DNA from: Eledone cirrhosa
Taxonomy: Eukaryota
Reading direction: 5' to 3'
NCBI GenBank assembly: GCA_964016885.1
Contig: OZ024749.1
Span: forward strand, 27,962,001-28,026,000
Length of the DNA: 64,000 bases
The notes under the pieces were generated by a model that worked only from the letters and a program-made list of their open reading frames with translations, had not been told where the DNA came from and searched no databases. Every line of letters begins with the position of its first letter. Position 1 is the stretch's first letter. Shown here piece after piece: positions 52,431-64,000 of this stretch. Both the position numbers and the translations under genes were made by a program.

Positions 52431-52524
52431 TAAATAATTCCCTCTAAACATACAGAAATACCTGACATTCCATGAATGTTGATAAAATAAAATAAGAATG
52501 GAGTGTTTGGAATTTCTGAAGACT

Positions 52525-52900
52525 CATCTGTATATCCTCATATTCCAACATGTAGGAAACCCCCTCCACCCGACCTACATCTCAATATCTTCATATATCA
52601 ACATGTAGGAGAGACCCTTATATCTCAATATCTTCATATTCCAACATGTGTAACATGTAGGTGACACCCCTATATCTCTATATCCTCATATATCAACATG
52701 TAGGTGACACCCCTATATCTCTACATCCTTATATATCAACATGTAGGGAACGTCACTTATATCTCAATATTTTCATATTCCAACATGTATTGTGTAACAT
52801 GTAGGAGACCCACCTAAATCACTATATCCTCATATTTCAACATATATTGTGTAACATGTAGGAAGCCTACCTAAACCTCTATACCCTCATAGTCTAACAG
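52525..52900. repeat. Degenerate ~40-55-bp tandem repeat
   Basis: TATCCTCATATATCAACATGTAGG units. Confidence 0.75.
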
Positions 52901-53212
52901 TATATTGGAGCAATGTGAAATGAAGTGTTTTGCTCAAGAACACAATGCACAACCCAGTCCTGGAATCGAAACAATGACATTATGATCGTAAATCCAATAC
53001 CCTTACCACCAAGCCACGTATCTCCAGTAAGATCAGGTTGACCTAGGGTTAAACTACAACAACAACATCAGTCCTGCTACCCACCACTTTGGACAAGTGT
53101 TTCTACTATAGCCATGGTTTGATCTATATATATCATGAGTGGATTTTGGTAGACAGAAACTTACACAAGCCAATCGTGTGTAATGAGTATGTGTATATGT
53201 ATCTATATATGT

Positions 53213-53392
53213 CACTGTAAATGTGGTTGGTGTTAGGAAGGGCATCCAGCCGTAGAAAACCTGCCATATAGTCCTATACGAGTGAGACATGTCACCCAAC
53301 CAACCTTGCCTCAAATTGGGACAACTCCCGTCTAACCCATGCTAGCGTGGAAGATGGACGTTAAACGATGATGATGATGATGATGATGATGA
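53213..53392 (+). mobile_element. RTE 3' UTR fragment
   Basis: CACTGTAAATGTGGTTGGTGTTAGGAAGGGCATCC...GGACGTTAAAC(GAT)n. Confidence 0.75.
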
Positions 53393-53650
53393 TTCATGTA
53401 TATATGCATGAGCACCTCTATGTGTTTGTGTGTATGTCTGTATCTGTGCGTGCGTGAATGTGTCTGCATGTATATATTTATGTGTACATGGTGTATGCGT
53501 TCATGCCAGCGTTTATATCCTGTAATTTAGTAGTTTGACATAAAATAAGCACCGGACTTGGGAAAGTAAATACTGGGGTTGATAAGATCGATTAAATCAA
53601 GGCAGTGATCCAGCATGGTTGCTACCTAAATATACATATACGCACATACA

Positions 53651-54018
53651 TAATTGTTTCTACTTTTGGCACAAGGTCAGCAATTTCTCAGTGCATTACT
53701 GGTACTTTATTTTATCGACCCCGCAAGGAAGAAAGGCAAAGTTAATCTCGGCGGGATTTGAACTCAGAATGACAAGGGCCGTAACTATGCGTCAAAGCAT
53801 GGTGTCCGACCCTCTACCGATACTATACATAATTTTTTCTACTTTAGGCACAAGGCCAGCAATTACCCAGTGCATTACTGGTACTTTATTTTATCGACCC
53901 CGTAAGGATGAAAGGCAAAGTCAACCTCGGCGGGATTTGAACTCAGATCGTAAAGGGACGTAACTATGCTGGAAAGCATGGCGTCCGACCCTCCACTGAT
54001 ACTGCCAATCCACCGCCA
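53651..54018 (-). mobile_element. Tandem pair of family D SINEs
   Basis: Copies at 53651-53824 and 53830-54018. Confidence 0.85.
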
Positions 54019-54397
54019 ATGGCTGCATCTCAGTTTCGAGAATTGCCATCCCTTGACTTTTTTCTCATACATGGGTGGCATGAACGTGACCTTTTAGCTT
54101 TGTCAAGGTCTTAGATTCCTTTCTGCATATGCTGAAGTGAAAGAAAGAGAAAAAACCATGCTCACGCAACGCATGTAAAAGACGTTTAAATCGAGTGATG
54201 CCTGTGCTTGAATCTTCTTTAAGTGGAAAAAGGCCTTGCCACTGGACCAACCCCACTCTGAACAGCAGTGACAGGTATCCAAAAAGAACAGATCAACATC
54301 ATTGGCTGCCATCAAGCCATAGGCTTTACATCAGAGTTTTCCTTCTCCTAGAATGATGTCCTATAAAGAACTAGGGGTCTCTCACTTCTGGTGGGCT

Positions 54398-54618
54398 ATG
54401 GATGATGATTGCTGTGTGAAGAAGTGCAAAAATCCCAGTGGAGGTAAGATTCGGTAAAGGTAGACGAAGGAAGATCTGGGCAGAGATGGTGAGAGCTGAT
54501 TTCAAGTCTTTGAGACAGAGGAGATGACAAAGGAATGTGATGCGCAGAAAGAAGCTATGCTGAAAAACAGACATCCAACCCCTAAGCATGTAAAACAGAC
54601 GTAAAAACGATGATGATG

Positions 54619-54620
<2 letters not shown>
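54398..54620 (+). mobile_element. Decayed RTE 3' fragment
   Basis: MDDDCCVKKC..GKGRRRKIWAEMVRADFK-like remnants and a GACGTAAAAAC(GAT)n tail. Confidence 0.65.
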
Positions 54621-54655
<35 letters not shown>

Positions 54656-54794
54656 TATCAATAAAAAAAATACGAGGCCATATTCATTTGGTTTAGGTTT
54701 ATTAAAATCTACTTCATAACCGACAGACCATTATGTGGTCCACACATCCTTGTTTGGTTAACCTCTTACTATAATGTATATACATACATACATA

Positions 54795-55080
54795 CATATA
54801 TAATATATAAGAACAAAAGATGTTTAAAAGAGTTCCATGTATTTTATTATGCGCATTTCAAAAACAAATATCATCATGCAATAATATTTGTGTTTTCATC
54901 AGATAAAACAGGAAGACATATGAAGGTTAAAAACACTTGTGGATAGTGCAGTTTTAAATCAACTCTTTTAACCATCTTTTGTTCTTATATATTATGTATA
55001 CTCCAGTCCTACAAACTGTAGAGTGCTTCTTATCCGATATCTGCATTGCTTTATTGTACTACAATAAAACTCACCTCCTA
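54795..55080. mobile_element. Non-autonomous PLE-derived element: - strand hammerhead (54842-54908) inside an inverted repeat
   Basis: Same family as 1930-2095. Arms ~54795-54834 / 54961-54999. The 3' bulged stem-loop lies at 55000-55026. Confidence 0.65.
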
Positions 55081-55486
55081 CATACATACATATATATATA
55101 TATACACATACATATATTATCGGATAGAATGCTCATGGGGTGTTTTAACCTATAATATGTGCCCTCTACTTTCCTTAAGTACGTAGTACAAAGTTGAATA
55201 ATGGTTTTGCTAGTCTTAACTACTAACATTTCATCCACACAAATACACACACGTGTGTGTTCGTATTTATGTATGTGTGTATAAACCTATATATACAGAT
55301 ACACATAAAGCTGGTCAGCCTGTGTGAGGAATTATAACTATATATATATATAACCAAAGATTAATATGGTTCATTGATTACTCAATCAATAGTTTTACAA
55401 TAGATTAAAAGCATTCTACAAAGGAGTTTTCTGACTGCCAATACTGGAATTGAACCGTTGAGGTATGTCATACATCAATTCATGTA

Positions 55487-55550
55487 TTTTATCTGACGAG
55501 GACATACTGAAAAAACAGCACAGTACCTTCGAAATATATATAATAAAACA
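55487..55550 (+). ncRNA. Type I hammerhead motif
   Basis: TTTTAT-CTGACGA(55493)-GGA..TACTG/CAGTA..TTC-GAAA(55531)-TATATA-TA-ATAAAA. Confidence 0.6.
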
Positions 55551-55592
55551 TATATTTTGATTATGTTAATGTCTTCATTTATTAATATTTTG

Positions 55593-55631
<39 letters not shown>

Positions 55632-55845
55632 GTTAGTCCTTCATCAGTGATCTTCCAACCATCATTGGTATTTCATCGCTTTAAAGACCATATACCTCCG
55701 GTTGGTGCGAGCAACGGCTAAAGAAAGTCGTTAGGACACGTAAATAAGGGGAACGAGCGAGACTGTAAACAATCAAAGATGGTAATGCAACGAAAAGTGA
55801 GGAAGAAGGAGTCAAGTCCCAGAATTCTATGAATATAAGTTATAT

Positions 55846-55891
<46 letters not shown>

Positions 55892-57364
55892 AAAGGTCAG
55901 AGAGTGCATTCAATATTAATATATGTTTTTAATATAATATTGCCACATACACACAACTATATACACCTATATACTACAAACCACACACACATCAGTGTTT
56001 CCCATCCCCAGTCTTAGAGTATTTAAGGATGAATAAATCAGAAACAATTTCTCCCATTAGGAAGTTGTGGTTGTGGTGGTGGTAGTGGTGTAGGTGGTGA
56101 TGGTAGTCTGTAATGTGGTGGTGGCAGTAGTAGTGTATGTGGTAGTGGTGGTATTAATAGTATTTGGTGATAGTGGTATGCGTGTGGTGGTGGGGGTAGT
56201 AATAGTATTTGGTGGTAATGGTGTAGGTGGTGGTATGAGTGTGTGATAATGATGAAGGGGGTGGTTGTAAAGGAGGTACTGGCATGTGTATGTTTGATAA
56301 TGATGGTGGAGTGTGGTGGAAGTTGGTGGTCGTGGTGGTGGTGGTGTGTGTTTGATAATGATGCTGGAGTGTGGTGGAAGTTGGTGGTGGTGGTGTGTGT
56401 GTGATAATGATGGCGGAAGTGGTTGTGATGTTAGGAAAAAACACATCTTAGCAACCAAATGTTAGATGTCATGGACAACAACAAACGGAAGTGGAAACTG
56501 ATTAATGGTGGTGACGGTGAGGGCTTGATAGTGGTCATGGTGGCGATGGTGGAGGTAATGATTGTAAAGGTGATGGTGGTGGTGGGAGTGGTCATGGTGG
56601 AGGTGGGCGTGACGATTGTAGTGGTCATAGTGGGGATGGTTTTGATGGTAGTGGTCATGGTGGTGGTGGTAATGATGGTAGTGGTTATGGTGGTGGAGGG
56701 AGGTCATGGTGGTGATGATGATGATGGTAATACACTGTCTTAAATGATAGAAACAATCTTCCCAGCTCCTCTGGCAAAATGTTTAGATGGTGATGATGAT
56801 GGTGGTGGAGAGATGGCGGTGGTCATGGTGATAATGATGATGTTGGGCTGATGATGGTGGTCATGGTGATAATGGTGATGATGTTAATAAACTGTGTGTT
56901 AAATTATAGAAATGACTTTTTTCCCAGCTCCTCTCTGGCAAAATGTTTAGATGATGATGGGTGATGGTGGTGGTCGTGGTGGTTGGGGTGATGGTGGTGG
57001 TGGTCATGGTGATAATGACGATGTAAATATACTGTTAAATTATAGAAACGACTTTCTTCCCAGCACCTCTCTGGCAAAATGTTTAGAAAAACAATCAGTG
57101 GCCAAGTTTATTTGTATCGATATATATTTATTTTATTTATTTATATACTCATTATTGAGTGTGCATGTGTATGTCTGTGTATATATAAGAAATGAGAGAA
57201 TGTTTGTTTATACACCCATTTACTGAATGTGTGTATATAAGCGAGATAATATTTCTATCTAGAGACAGTTATATATTTACTCTTTTATTCTTTTACCTGT
57301 TCCAGCCATCCGGCTGAGGCCATGCTGGGACATTTATATATCTACCCACCCTATATATATAAAT

Positions 57365-57502
57365 CTCCAGAAATAACCGTCGAAACGGCTTGAGCTCTAC
57401 CGTCCGGATCTTGAACATTTTCCCATTACCCACTCTACTGCCCTAACTATTGAGTACTCTGGTGCGTTATGGTCCACCTGGTTCCTTACCACACTTCATT
57501 CG

Positions 57503-57505
<3 letters not shown>
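57365..57505 (+). mobile_element. Hammerhead family C, 5'-truncated copy
   Basis: CCAGAAATAACCGTCGAAACGGCTTGAGCTCTACCGTC...TATTGAGTACTCTGGTGCG...CGTTA(TA)n. A related fold-back lies at ~57905-58030. Confidence 0.62.
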
Positions 57506-57570
<65 letters not shown>

Positions 57571-58028
57571 ACAGTGAGAAAGAGACGATTATGAGGAAGA
57601 AAAAAAATTTTTTTTTCCTTTATATATATCGTAATCCACATCGTTGTGGTAGGGCTGATAACATTCCTTGGAAGGGTGGATGCAGAGATTCGGCAATGTG
57701 ACTATTAGTTTTTGTGGTAGGTGATCACCGCTTAAGGTATCTTCGGAGAAAGTCCGTCTGTGTTACAGAGTTATTTGTATATATGTGTTTGCTCATAGAA
57801 CAATAAAAAAAAACAAAACAAGTGAGGCGTAGGTAGATAGTTCATTGTTTTACGAACGTTTCAGAGGGTCGATTGATCGGTGGAGTTACCAGTTTAGACT
57901 AGTAAGACAATGTCCAGCTAAGTACTCGATACTTGGGAAAGTAGAGTGTAAGTATAATGAAATCTTAGTATCCGACGCAGAGCTCACGTTGAAACGGCGT
58001 GAGCTCATCCGTCGGGCACTAACTTTTC

Positions 58029-58075
<47 letters not shown>

Positions 58076-58076
<1 letters not shown>

Positions 58077-58196
58077 AATGAAACAGTTCTAGTCCTGTAG
58101 AAGCCATTTCTATATTAAATTCTGATGTTTTCACTCTACTAATGTATTGAGTACCTTATTTACTGTGGTTACTCCCGATTTAACTCGGGATCTACA
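58076..58196 (+). mobile_element. 5'-truncated hammerhead family A element
   Basis: Starts at GAATGAAACAGTTCTAGTCCTGTA, carries the ACTCTAC..GTATTGAGTAC hairpin and ends GTGGTTACTCCCGATTTAACTCGGG (cf. 146-171). Confidence 0.6.
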
Positions 58197-58726
58197 GAGA
58201 GAGAGAGAGAGATCAGTAAACGTTTATTGTTATTCATATATTTATAAATCTCCAACGTTAATATCAATATAGATATTGGACGGGTGTATTTATATACGAA
58301 ACTAGCATTGTGTATTTACGGTTTGATGTATCTACCACGTGAGGTTTGAAGCAATGCCTACCAACAGGTTCTGTGCCCTAAGAGAGAGAAAGGGAGGCAG
58401 GAGTTGATGGAATCATGTCTTAAGAACCTTCATTCCTCGCAAAACAGGGAGAGACAATGGAGTGGGGAGACAACTTCGGTGACTAAATACCATTGACAGA
58501 CACACACACTACATTAAAATACAAAGATCGACTGAAAAAATCATAAGCTGACGAAGATACGCTCATGGAATGACCAAATGAGGTTTATTTTTCCATATAG
58601 TTCTTGGAAAGAAAATGCAGCTATTAATTCAAAGAATTGAAATTAATGCATGCAAGATTTCACAGCTCTGGCATCACTGATTCATAGTCAGCCTATGAAC
58701 TCTTCATCCCACCTCGTGTATGTGCA

Positions 58727-58761
<35 letters not shown>

Positions 58762-60049
58762 GCAATATTTCACAGCACTAGCATCACTCCTTCATAGTAG
58801 TCAGCCTATGAACTTTTCAGCCCACCCTCGTACACATAATACAATATACATATAACCCAACACACTAGAAGACACAACACACACTACCATACATACATGT
58901 ATAATAGAACAGAACACAACACACACTGTAATACACTACACGTATAATACAACACACATAATATAAGACACAACACACAATCCGATACACACACATACTT
59001 GAACAATCCAATAATGTTGCCAGCGTGTTGGCTTCCCTCAAAAAGAATTAGAGGGAGCATTCGGGCACCCCTTGTGGTGTGTGACCGATTGCTACACTCA
59101 GTGTTGAATTAATAGTCAGTCGTTTTGATTCGAAAATTTTATGTGAAATATTTATGTCTTTAAGTATTGTACAGATTGTGAGAATAGTTTCATTCTGTGA
59201 GAATTATAAACAACATAATACTCAACATAACAATACAATACACTGTATAGTACAATACAATACACAGACACACTACAATATACCACACGCACTACAACAC
59301 AACGCACAACATATACCACGCAATACAACAACACACGCACTACAATACAACACACGCACACATCATTTGGTAACGATACTACGGAAATATTATAGAGGGT
59401 GGGGGATAAGTATTACCTTTTTATTAGGTGAAGAACAGGTGTGAGAGATTGTCAATAAGGAAGTTAGGATAACGTAGGATAACTACATGTAGAGAGACAG
59501 AGAGAGGTACAGTGAGATTGAGCGGGAAGAATGAGAGAAGGGAGCACAGAGAGAGAGAGAGAGGAAGAAAAAGGAGACGACAGAGATAAAAAGAGGGGGA
59601 CAAAAAGAGAAGAGAGCAGAGAGAAAGCGAGGCAGAAAGAGAGAGGGGGGATAATGAGAAGGAGGGGAAGTATAGAACGAGACAGAGAGGGAGGGGATAG
59701 AGAGAAAACGAACGAGCGAGAGAGAGGAGGGTGAGGATAGAGAGAGAGAGTGTGTGTATGTGTGTGAGGATAGAGAGAAAAGGAGCGAGAGAGATAGGGA
59801 GCGCGTGTGTTGTTTGTGTCCCCGAGGCTTTCACGTGGCGGTCAGCTGATGAAAGGAAACATTAGGTGAGGAGGGAAATAACCCTTAGTTCCTGTGTTTT
59901 TGTTGTTGGTCTTTAAAGATGATCAGCTGAGAAAAAGGGTGTTGGCGGCATTTGGAAGTAGTTTAAGGTGTGGTCTAGGACAGGTGATAATAATAAAGGA
60001 GGAAGAAGATATATATGTTAGCAGTTCAGTAACTGACAAGAGCTGATAG

Positions 60050-60450
60050 TGAGGAGAGAGACAGGTAGGTAGATAGATAGACAGGCAAATAGATAGGTAG
60101 ACAGGTAGATATAGACAAATAGATAAGTAGATAGATAGATAGATATATAGACAGTCAAATAGATTGGTAGACAGACAGATAGATAGTAGACAGGTAGATA
60201 GAGAGATAGATAGACACATATATAAACAGATAGATAGGTAGATAGATAAACACGGAAATAGATAGGTAAGTAGATAGATAGATAGATACGGAGATAGATA
60301 GGTAGGTAGATGGGTAAACAGACAGAGATACAGATAGCCAGGTAGATAGATAAACACGGATATAGGCATGTAGAGAGATACAGATGTACAGCAGATAGGT
60401 AGGTAGGTAAACAAATAGATAGAAAGACAGACAGAAGATAGGTAAGACTA
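60050..60450. repeat. (GATA/GACA/GGTA)n tetranucleotide repeat
   Basis: Direct reading. Confidence 0.9.
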
Positions 60451-61438
60451 AATAGAGGGCAATAGATTGACCGTTGTACATGAGCAGTTCCAAAGTGGCA
60501 GGTGTAAAAATACCTTCGACTAACAATCATCATCATCATCATTACTATCACCAGTGCCACAGATAGCAGAGAGTTCCAGGAGGGGCGCCAATGTGGCAGT
60601 GTGTACAATGATGAATCAACAGTTAATTATTACGAATTTAGAGTTTATTGGTGCAAAAGAAAAGTGTTGGTTAGTCCTGAAACACGATAGAAGAGTCGCA
60701 TGTAATTTAGATAGAGACTGTTCTACCTTAGACTACTACAAATGGTTATATATCTCTGTCTGTCTCTCTCTATCTAGGGAGACTATTCTACTGCTACTAC
60801 TACCAACTGATGCAGACCTATAGGGGTATTTCTAGCTGTGATACACTCAGACATGCTAAGGTTTCGAACTAAATACACATATAGTATCAGAATTTAGTTT
60901 TCCAATTTAGTCCGTCAACATTCCGAGTTCAACTTCTGCCAATCTCGGTAGTGTCTTTTATCCTTTCATGTCTTTGACATAATCTTAATTAACAATTAAC
61001 GCCCCACCCCTTCTCCTTTTCCACCTCACTCTTCCTTCTATACACACTTGTGGATTCGTGCCAACCTAAGTTTAGTATCGTTGCAAGATATGGTATGTCC
61101 TGCTGCTTAAAATAGTTCTACGGATACACACATAATTCATTCTTAGAAAACTATTGAGTTTCTTTTCTTTCTTTTTTGTTTGTTATTGTATTTCTTGAAA
61201 AGTTGTACAAATAAGACCTGTCACTCGTAATCAATCCATCCGCCTACGCATATTACACATACATATATGTATTATATATACATACATATATGCGTGCATA
61301 TAACGGTGTGCACATGCAGACATATATATAGATATCTATAATAAACTGCCAATGTGTATAAATATATGTCCATACACGTGTATGCACTGAAGTCCACATA
61401 TATGTAATTCTACACACAAGCAGCTCTCTCCTCTCTCT

Positions 61439-61480
<42 letters not shown>

Positions 61481-61538
61481 GTTATTAAGAACTGTAAGAA
61501 CACACCTAGAAAACATAAAACTGCTATATATATATATA

Positions 61539-61720
61539 TAATTGTTTCTACTTTTGGCACAAGGCCAACAATTAACCAGTGCATTACTGGTACTTTATTT
61601 TATCGACCCCGTAAGGATGAAAGGCAAAGTTAACCTCGGCAGGATTTGAACTCAGAATGGCAAGGGCCGTAAGTCTATGCGTCAAAGCATGGCGCCCGAC
61701 TCTCTACCGATACTGCCACC
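61539..61720 (-). mobile_element. Family D SINE
   Basis: Same sequence family as 6605-6797. Confidence 0.85.
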
Positions 61721-62333
61721 ATTGACACACACATATAAATATGTCCGTACGCATACACACACAAATTGTCCTTAGACAAATACACATACATACAACGTGA
61801 CAATTTGACATAATGGACATCTGCAATAAAGCTGAAGGTACGAGTTGAGAAAACATCCCGACACGAAAACCAATCTAACAACTTTTTTAAATATTTACTG
61901 TAAAGATATATTCTGGGAAATAATTGACTATAATAAGGTAACGGTTTGAGAATTCGAGCGAAGTTTAGCTGTAGTTTAGTGGCGTTGAAGATAGAGAGGG
62001 TGGAATGACCGCCGAAGAAAAGAGAAAGTAAGTTTGTTCTTGAAATAGACCGGCAGAAAGTCGGAAATGAAAAAAAAAATGTGCTAACCATCTCCGTAAA
62101 ACTAACGTATTTTACTGAAAATAATAACTGACAACTGTAAATATCTTTATAATAGCCACAAACAAACTTCATTTAGTGCCATACGACAGACAGATTGAAT
62201 TTCCAATGAGTAAATAAGGAAGAATCGATGTCTGTCAGATAAAGAAATCCACGATTGATCGATCCCTGACTTCAGAACCAATCTCTGTTGGGGAATACAT
62301 ACAAATATATATGTATTAGAAACAAGTACTCAC

Positions 62334-62432
62334 CGAAATGATACTCTCACGAACAGCTTGAGATACGTTTGCTCGAACTTTTGCAGCACATCCAACCTTC
62401 TGTAAACCTTGTCGAAATTTCCTTTCGGTCAT
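62334..62432 (-). CDS. DOCK9: First coding exon of a Dock-D family GEF (DOCK9/10/11, zizimin-like)
   Basis: The - strand reads ATG at 62432 -> MTERKFRQGLQKVGCAAKVRANVSQAVRESIIS, then a canonical phase-0 donor TCG|GTGAGT. The peptide matches the DOCK9/DOCK11/zizimin N-terminus as recalled ([29 protein letters not shown]). It is too short for the ORF track. No exon 2 (EPLDYE motif) was found in the window. Confidence 0.82.
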
Positions 62433-62610
62433 TATGATAAAAACCAACTAAATAAACAAGTAGTACTCCATGTAAAGTGGTCGTAGGTCGGTTTAAGTCC
62501 GTCTTACGCCATTTTGATAATTAAGAAACAAGGACAGACAACTCTAACTTACTCTCTTTCCCTCTCTTCCACCTCACTGGCGCAGCCACACCTCCTGCCT
62601 GCTGATAAAA
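62433..62610 (-). promoter_or_regulatory. Probable promoter / 5' UTR of the DOCK gene
   Basis: Unique, relatively CpG-rich sequence. YY1-type motif CAAAATGGCG on the - strand (~62508-62517) just upstream of the ATG. Possible extra donor GTAAGT on the - strand at 62547-62552. Confidence 0.45.
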
Positions 62611-62654
62611 TACATAGATAGATAAACACACACATATAGTTTTGTATATATGTA

Positions 62655-62687
<33 letters not shown>

Positions 62688-62790
62688 GTGAGTGTGTATG
62701 TATATATATGCGCGTGTATGTGTGTATGTGTATATACATACATATACATATATATATGTATATGTATGTATATACACATACAAACACACG

Positions 62791-62841
<51 letters not shown>

Positions 62842-62845
<4 letters not shown>

Positions 62846-63128
62846 TGTTATACTTTGGGAGGGTCATGTTGCCAATAAGAAACACACGCACCAGTTGCTT
62901 TCACTTCAATTTATTATATATTTATAAATTTATAAATTTACAAATCTACAAACCTATAAATTATAAATTTCTGGTTGGTTGGTTGGTTCCAAGTGGAACC
63001 AACCAACCAACCAGAAATTTATAAGTTTGTAGATTTGTAAATTTATAAATATATAATAAATTGAAGTGAAAGCAACTGGTGCGTGTGTTTCTTATTGGCA
63101 ACATGACCCTCCCAAAGTATAACAATAT
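62842..63128. repeat. Near-perfect palindrome (~140-bp arms, 2-4-nt loop)
   Basis: Centre GGTTGGTTGGTTCCA-AG-TGGAACCAACCAACC at ~62992. The arms match apart from two small indels. Confidence 0.9.
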
Positions 63129-63228
63129 CGGTTTCAACACACGATTTCAGATAAAGAATCTTGCTAAACAAATTCAGAAACGAAATATATATATATACAT
63201 ATATATATATACATATATATATACACAA

Positions 63229-63259
<31 letters not shown>

Positions 63260-63273
63260 CACAAACACACACA

Positions 63274-63372
63274 CACGTTTCGAACGCTAGTCCTTCATCA
63301 GAAGAAAGAATGAGAAATAAAATAGATTGAGGAGACGGGCAGGATAGAATTGGCAAAAATATCTTTAGATAA
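63274..63372 (-). mobile_element. Minimal-hammerhead element family B
   Basis: The - strand reads TTCTGATGAAGGACTAGCGTTCGAAACGT. Decayed relatives with the same upstream flank lie at ~6970-7060, ~7468-7520 and ~39897-40010. Confidence 0.55.
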
Positions 63373-63403
63373 AAATAACATGTCCATTCATGTTGACATC
63401 TCT

Positions 63404-63445
<42 letters not shown>

Positions 63446-64000
63446 TATATTTTGAGAATAAACTCTCAGTCGTTTACAATAATTAAGCTCCAGGAAGGGG
63501 TTCTTCCGAGCAGTTAAATACATTTAAAGTATATGATAAACACGAAATGTGTTTACATTACAACAGACAAAGTAAGCCATTAATGAAATAAACTAATAAA
63601 AGTGAATACAATTTGTCTGTCTCGATACAAGTCAATAAAGACAAGGTTATATTGGCAACTGCCATGATTCCTGGACATATTTAAATTTCAAAATTCAAAC
63701 CTGTTCTGTAGACGAATTTGAACCTCGAAACCCAAATAAGTTTCACAATGGTGGAATGTGAATTGAAAAATAAAGAGAATCGAAATGGAATAGAAATAAA
63801 AGAGTGAAATATCCAAATCATCTGTGCATATCAACAGGAATCCAGTAAGATTAGTCTATCACACATCAAAAATTTTGCAGGACTGACTACACGTGCTTGG
63901 AGCTTAATTATTGTAAACGACAGAGTTTATTCTCAAAATATAATATAATGTATAGCTCCTTTATTGTAAGAGCTGATCCTTAATCCTGCATAAGCGGCTG

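Noticed and set aside
51593-52447. 284-aa Asn/Thr-rich ORF
   Set aside because: AAC/ACC low-complexity repeat with no flanking coding signal.
54020-54330. Coding-looking unique segment with a zinc-finger-like stretch (SICRKESKTLTKLKGHVHATH) on the - strand
   Set aside because: First Cys missing, frames broken, no splice sites. Possibly a decayed LINE C-terminus but not identifiable.
59820-59872. CTGATGAAAGGAAAC as a hammerhead, or a + strand exon ending AG|GTGAGG
   Set aside because: No room for stem II and no stem I/III pairing; no supporting ORF.
60514-60676. Possible - strand exon (TGTTTCAG acceptor, AAG|GTATTT donor)
   Set aside because: Stops in all three frames and no DOCK similarity. 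It could be non-coding, but this cannot be supported without RNA data.
61675-62172. 165-aa - strand ORF just downstream of DOCK exon 1
   Set aside because: Begins in unique intronic sequence, runs into a SINE, and shows no recognisable homology.

Overview
AT-rich, microsatellite-saturated animal DNA whose SINE and LINE families look cephalopod (octopus-like; an inference). The only host coding sequence I can support is a 99-nt first coding exon of a DOCK9/10/11 (zizimin, Dock-D) gene on the - strand at 62334-62432. Nearly all of the window therefore appears to be its very large first intron. The long ORFs in the track are translations of micro- and minisatellites. The intron holds tRNA-derived SINEs, 5'-truncated RTE LINEs, Tc1/mariner, pogo and piggyBac-type MITEs, a non-autonomous Helitron and several minisatellites. 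The standout is a hammerhead-ribozyme (HHR) / Penelope-like element (PLE) system with four parts: (i) an array of 11 apparently identical 310-bp units at 44881-48311, each with an intact type I hammerhead (retrozyme-like, predicted 310-nt circular RNA); (ii) a truncated PLE with a GIY-YIG endonuclease and its own HHR about 3 kb away; (iii) more than a dozen short non-autonomous HHR-bearing elements, mostly inserted in (TA)n and many as fold-back palindromes; (iv) a covarying bulged stem-loop shared by the 3' ends of otherwise dissimilar families. All structures were read by eye, coordinates are approximate to a few nt, and no ribozyme activity or expression is demonstrated.
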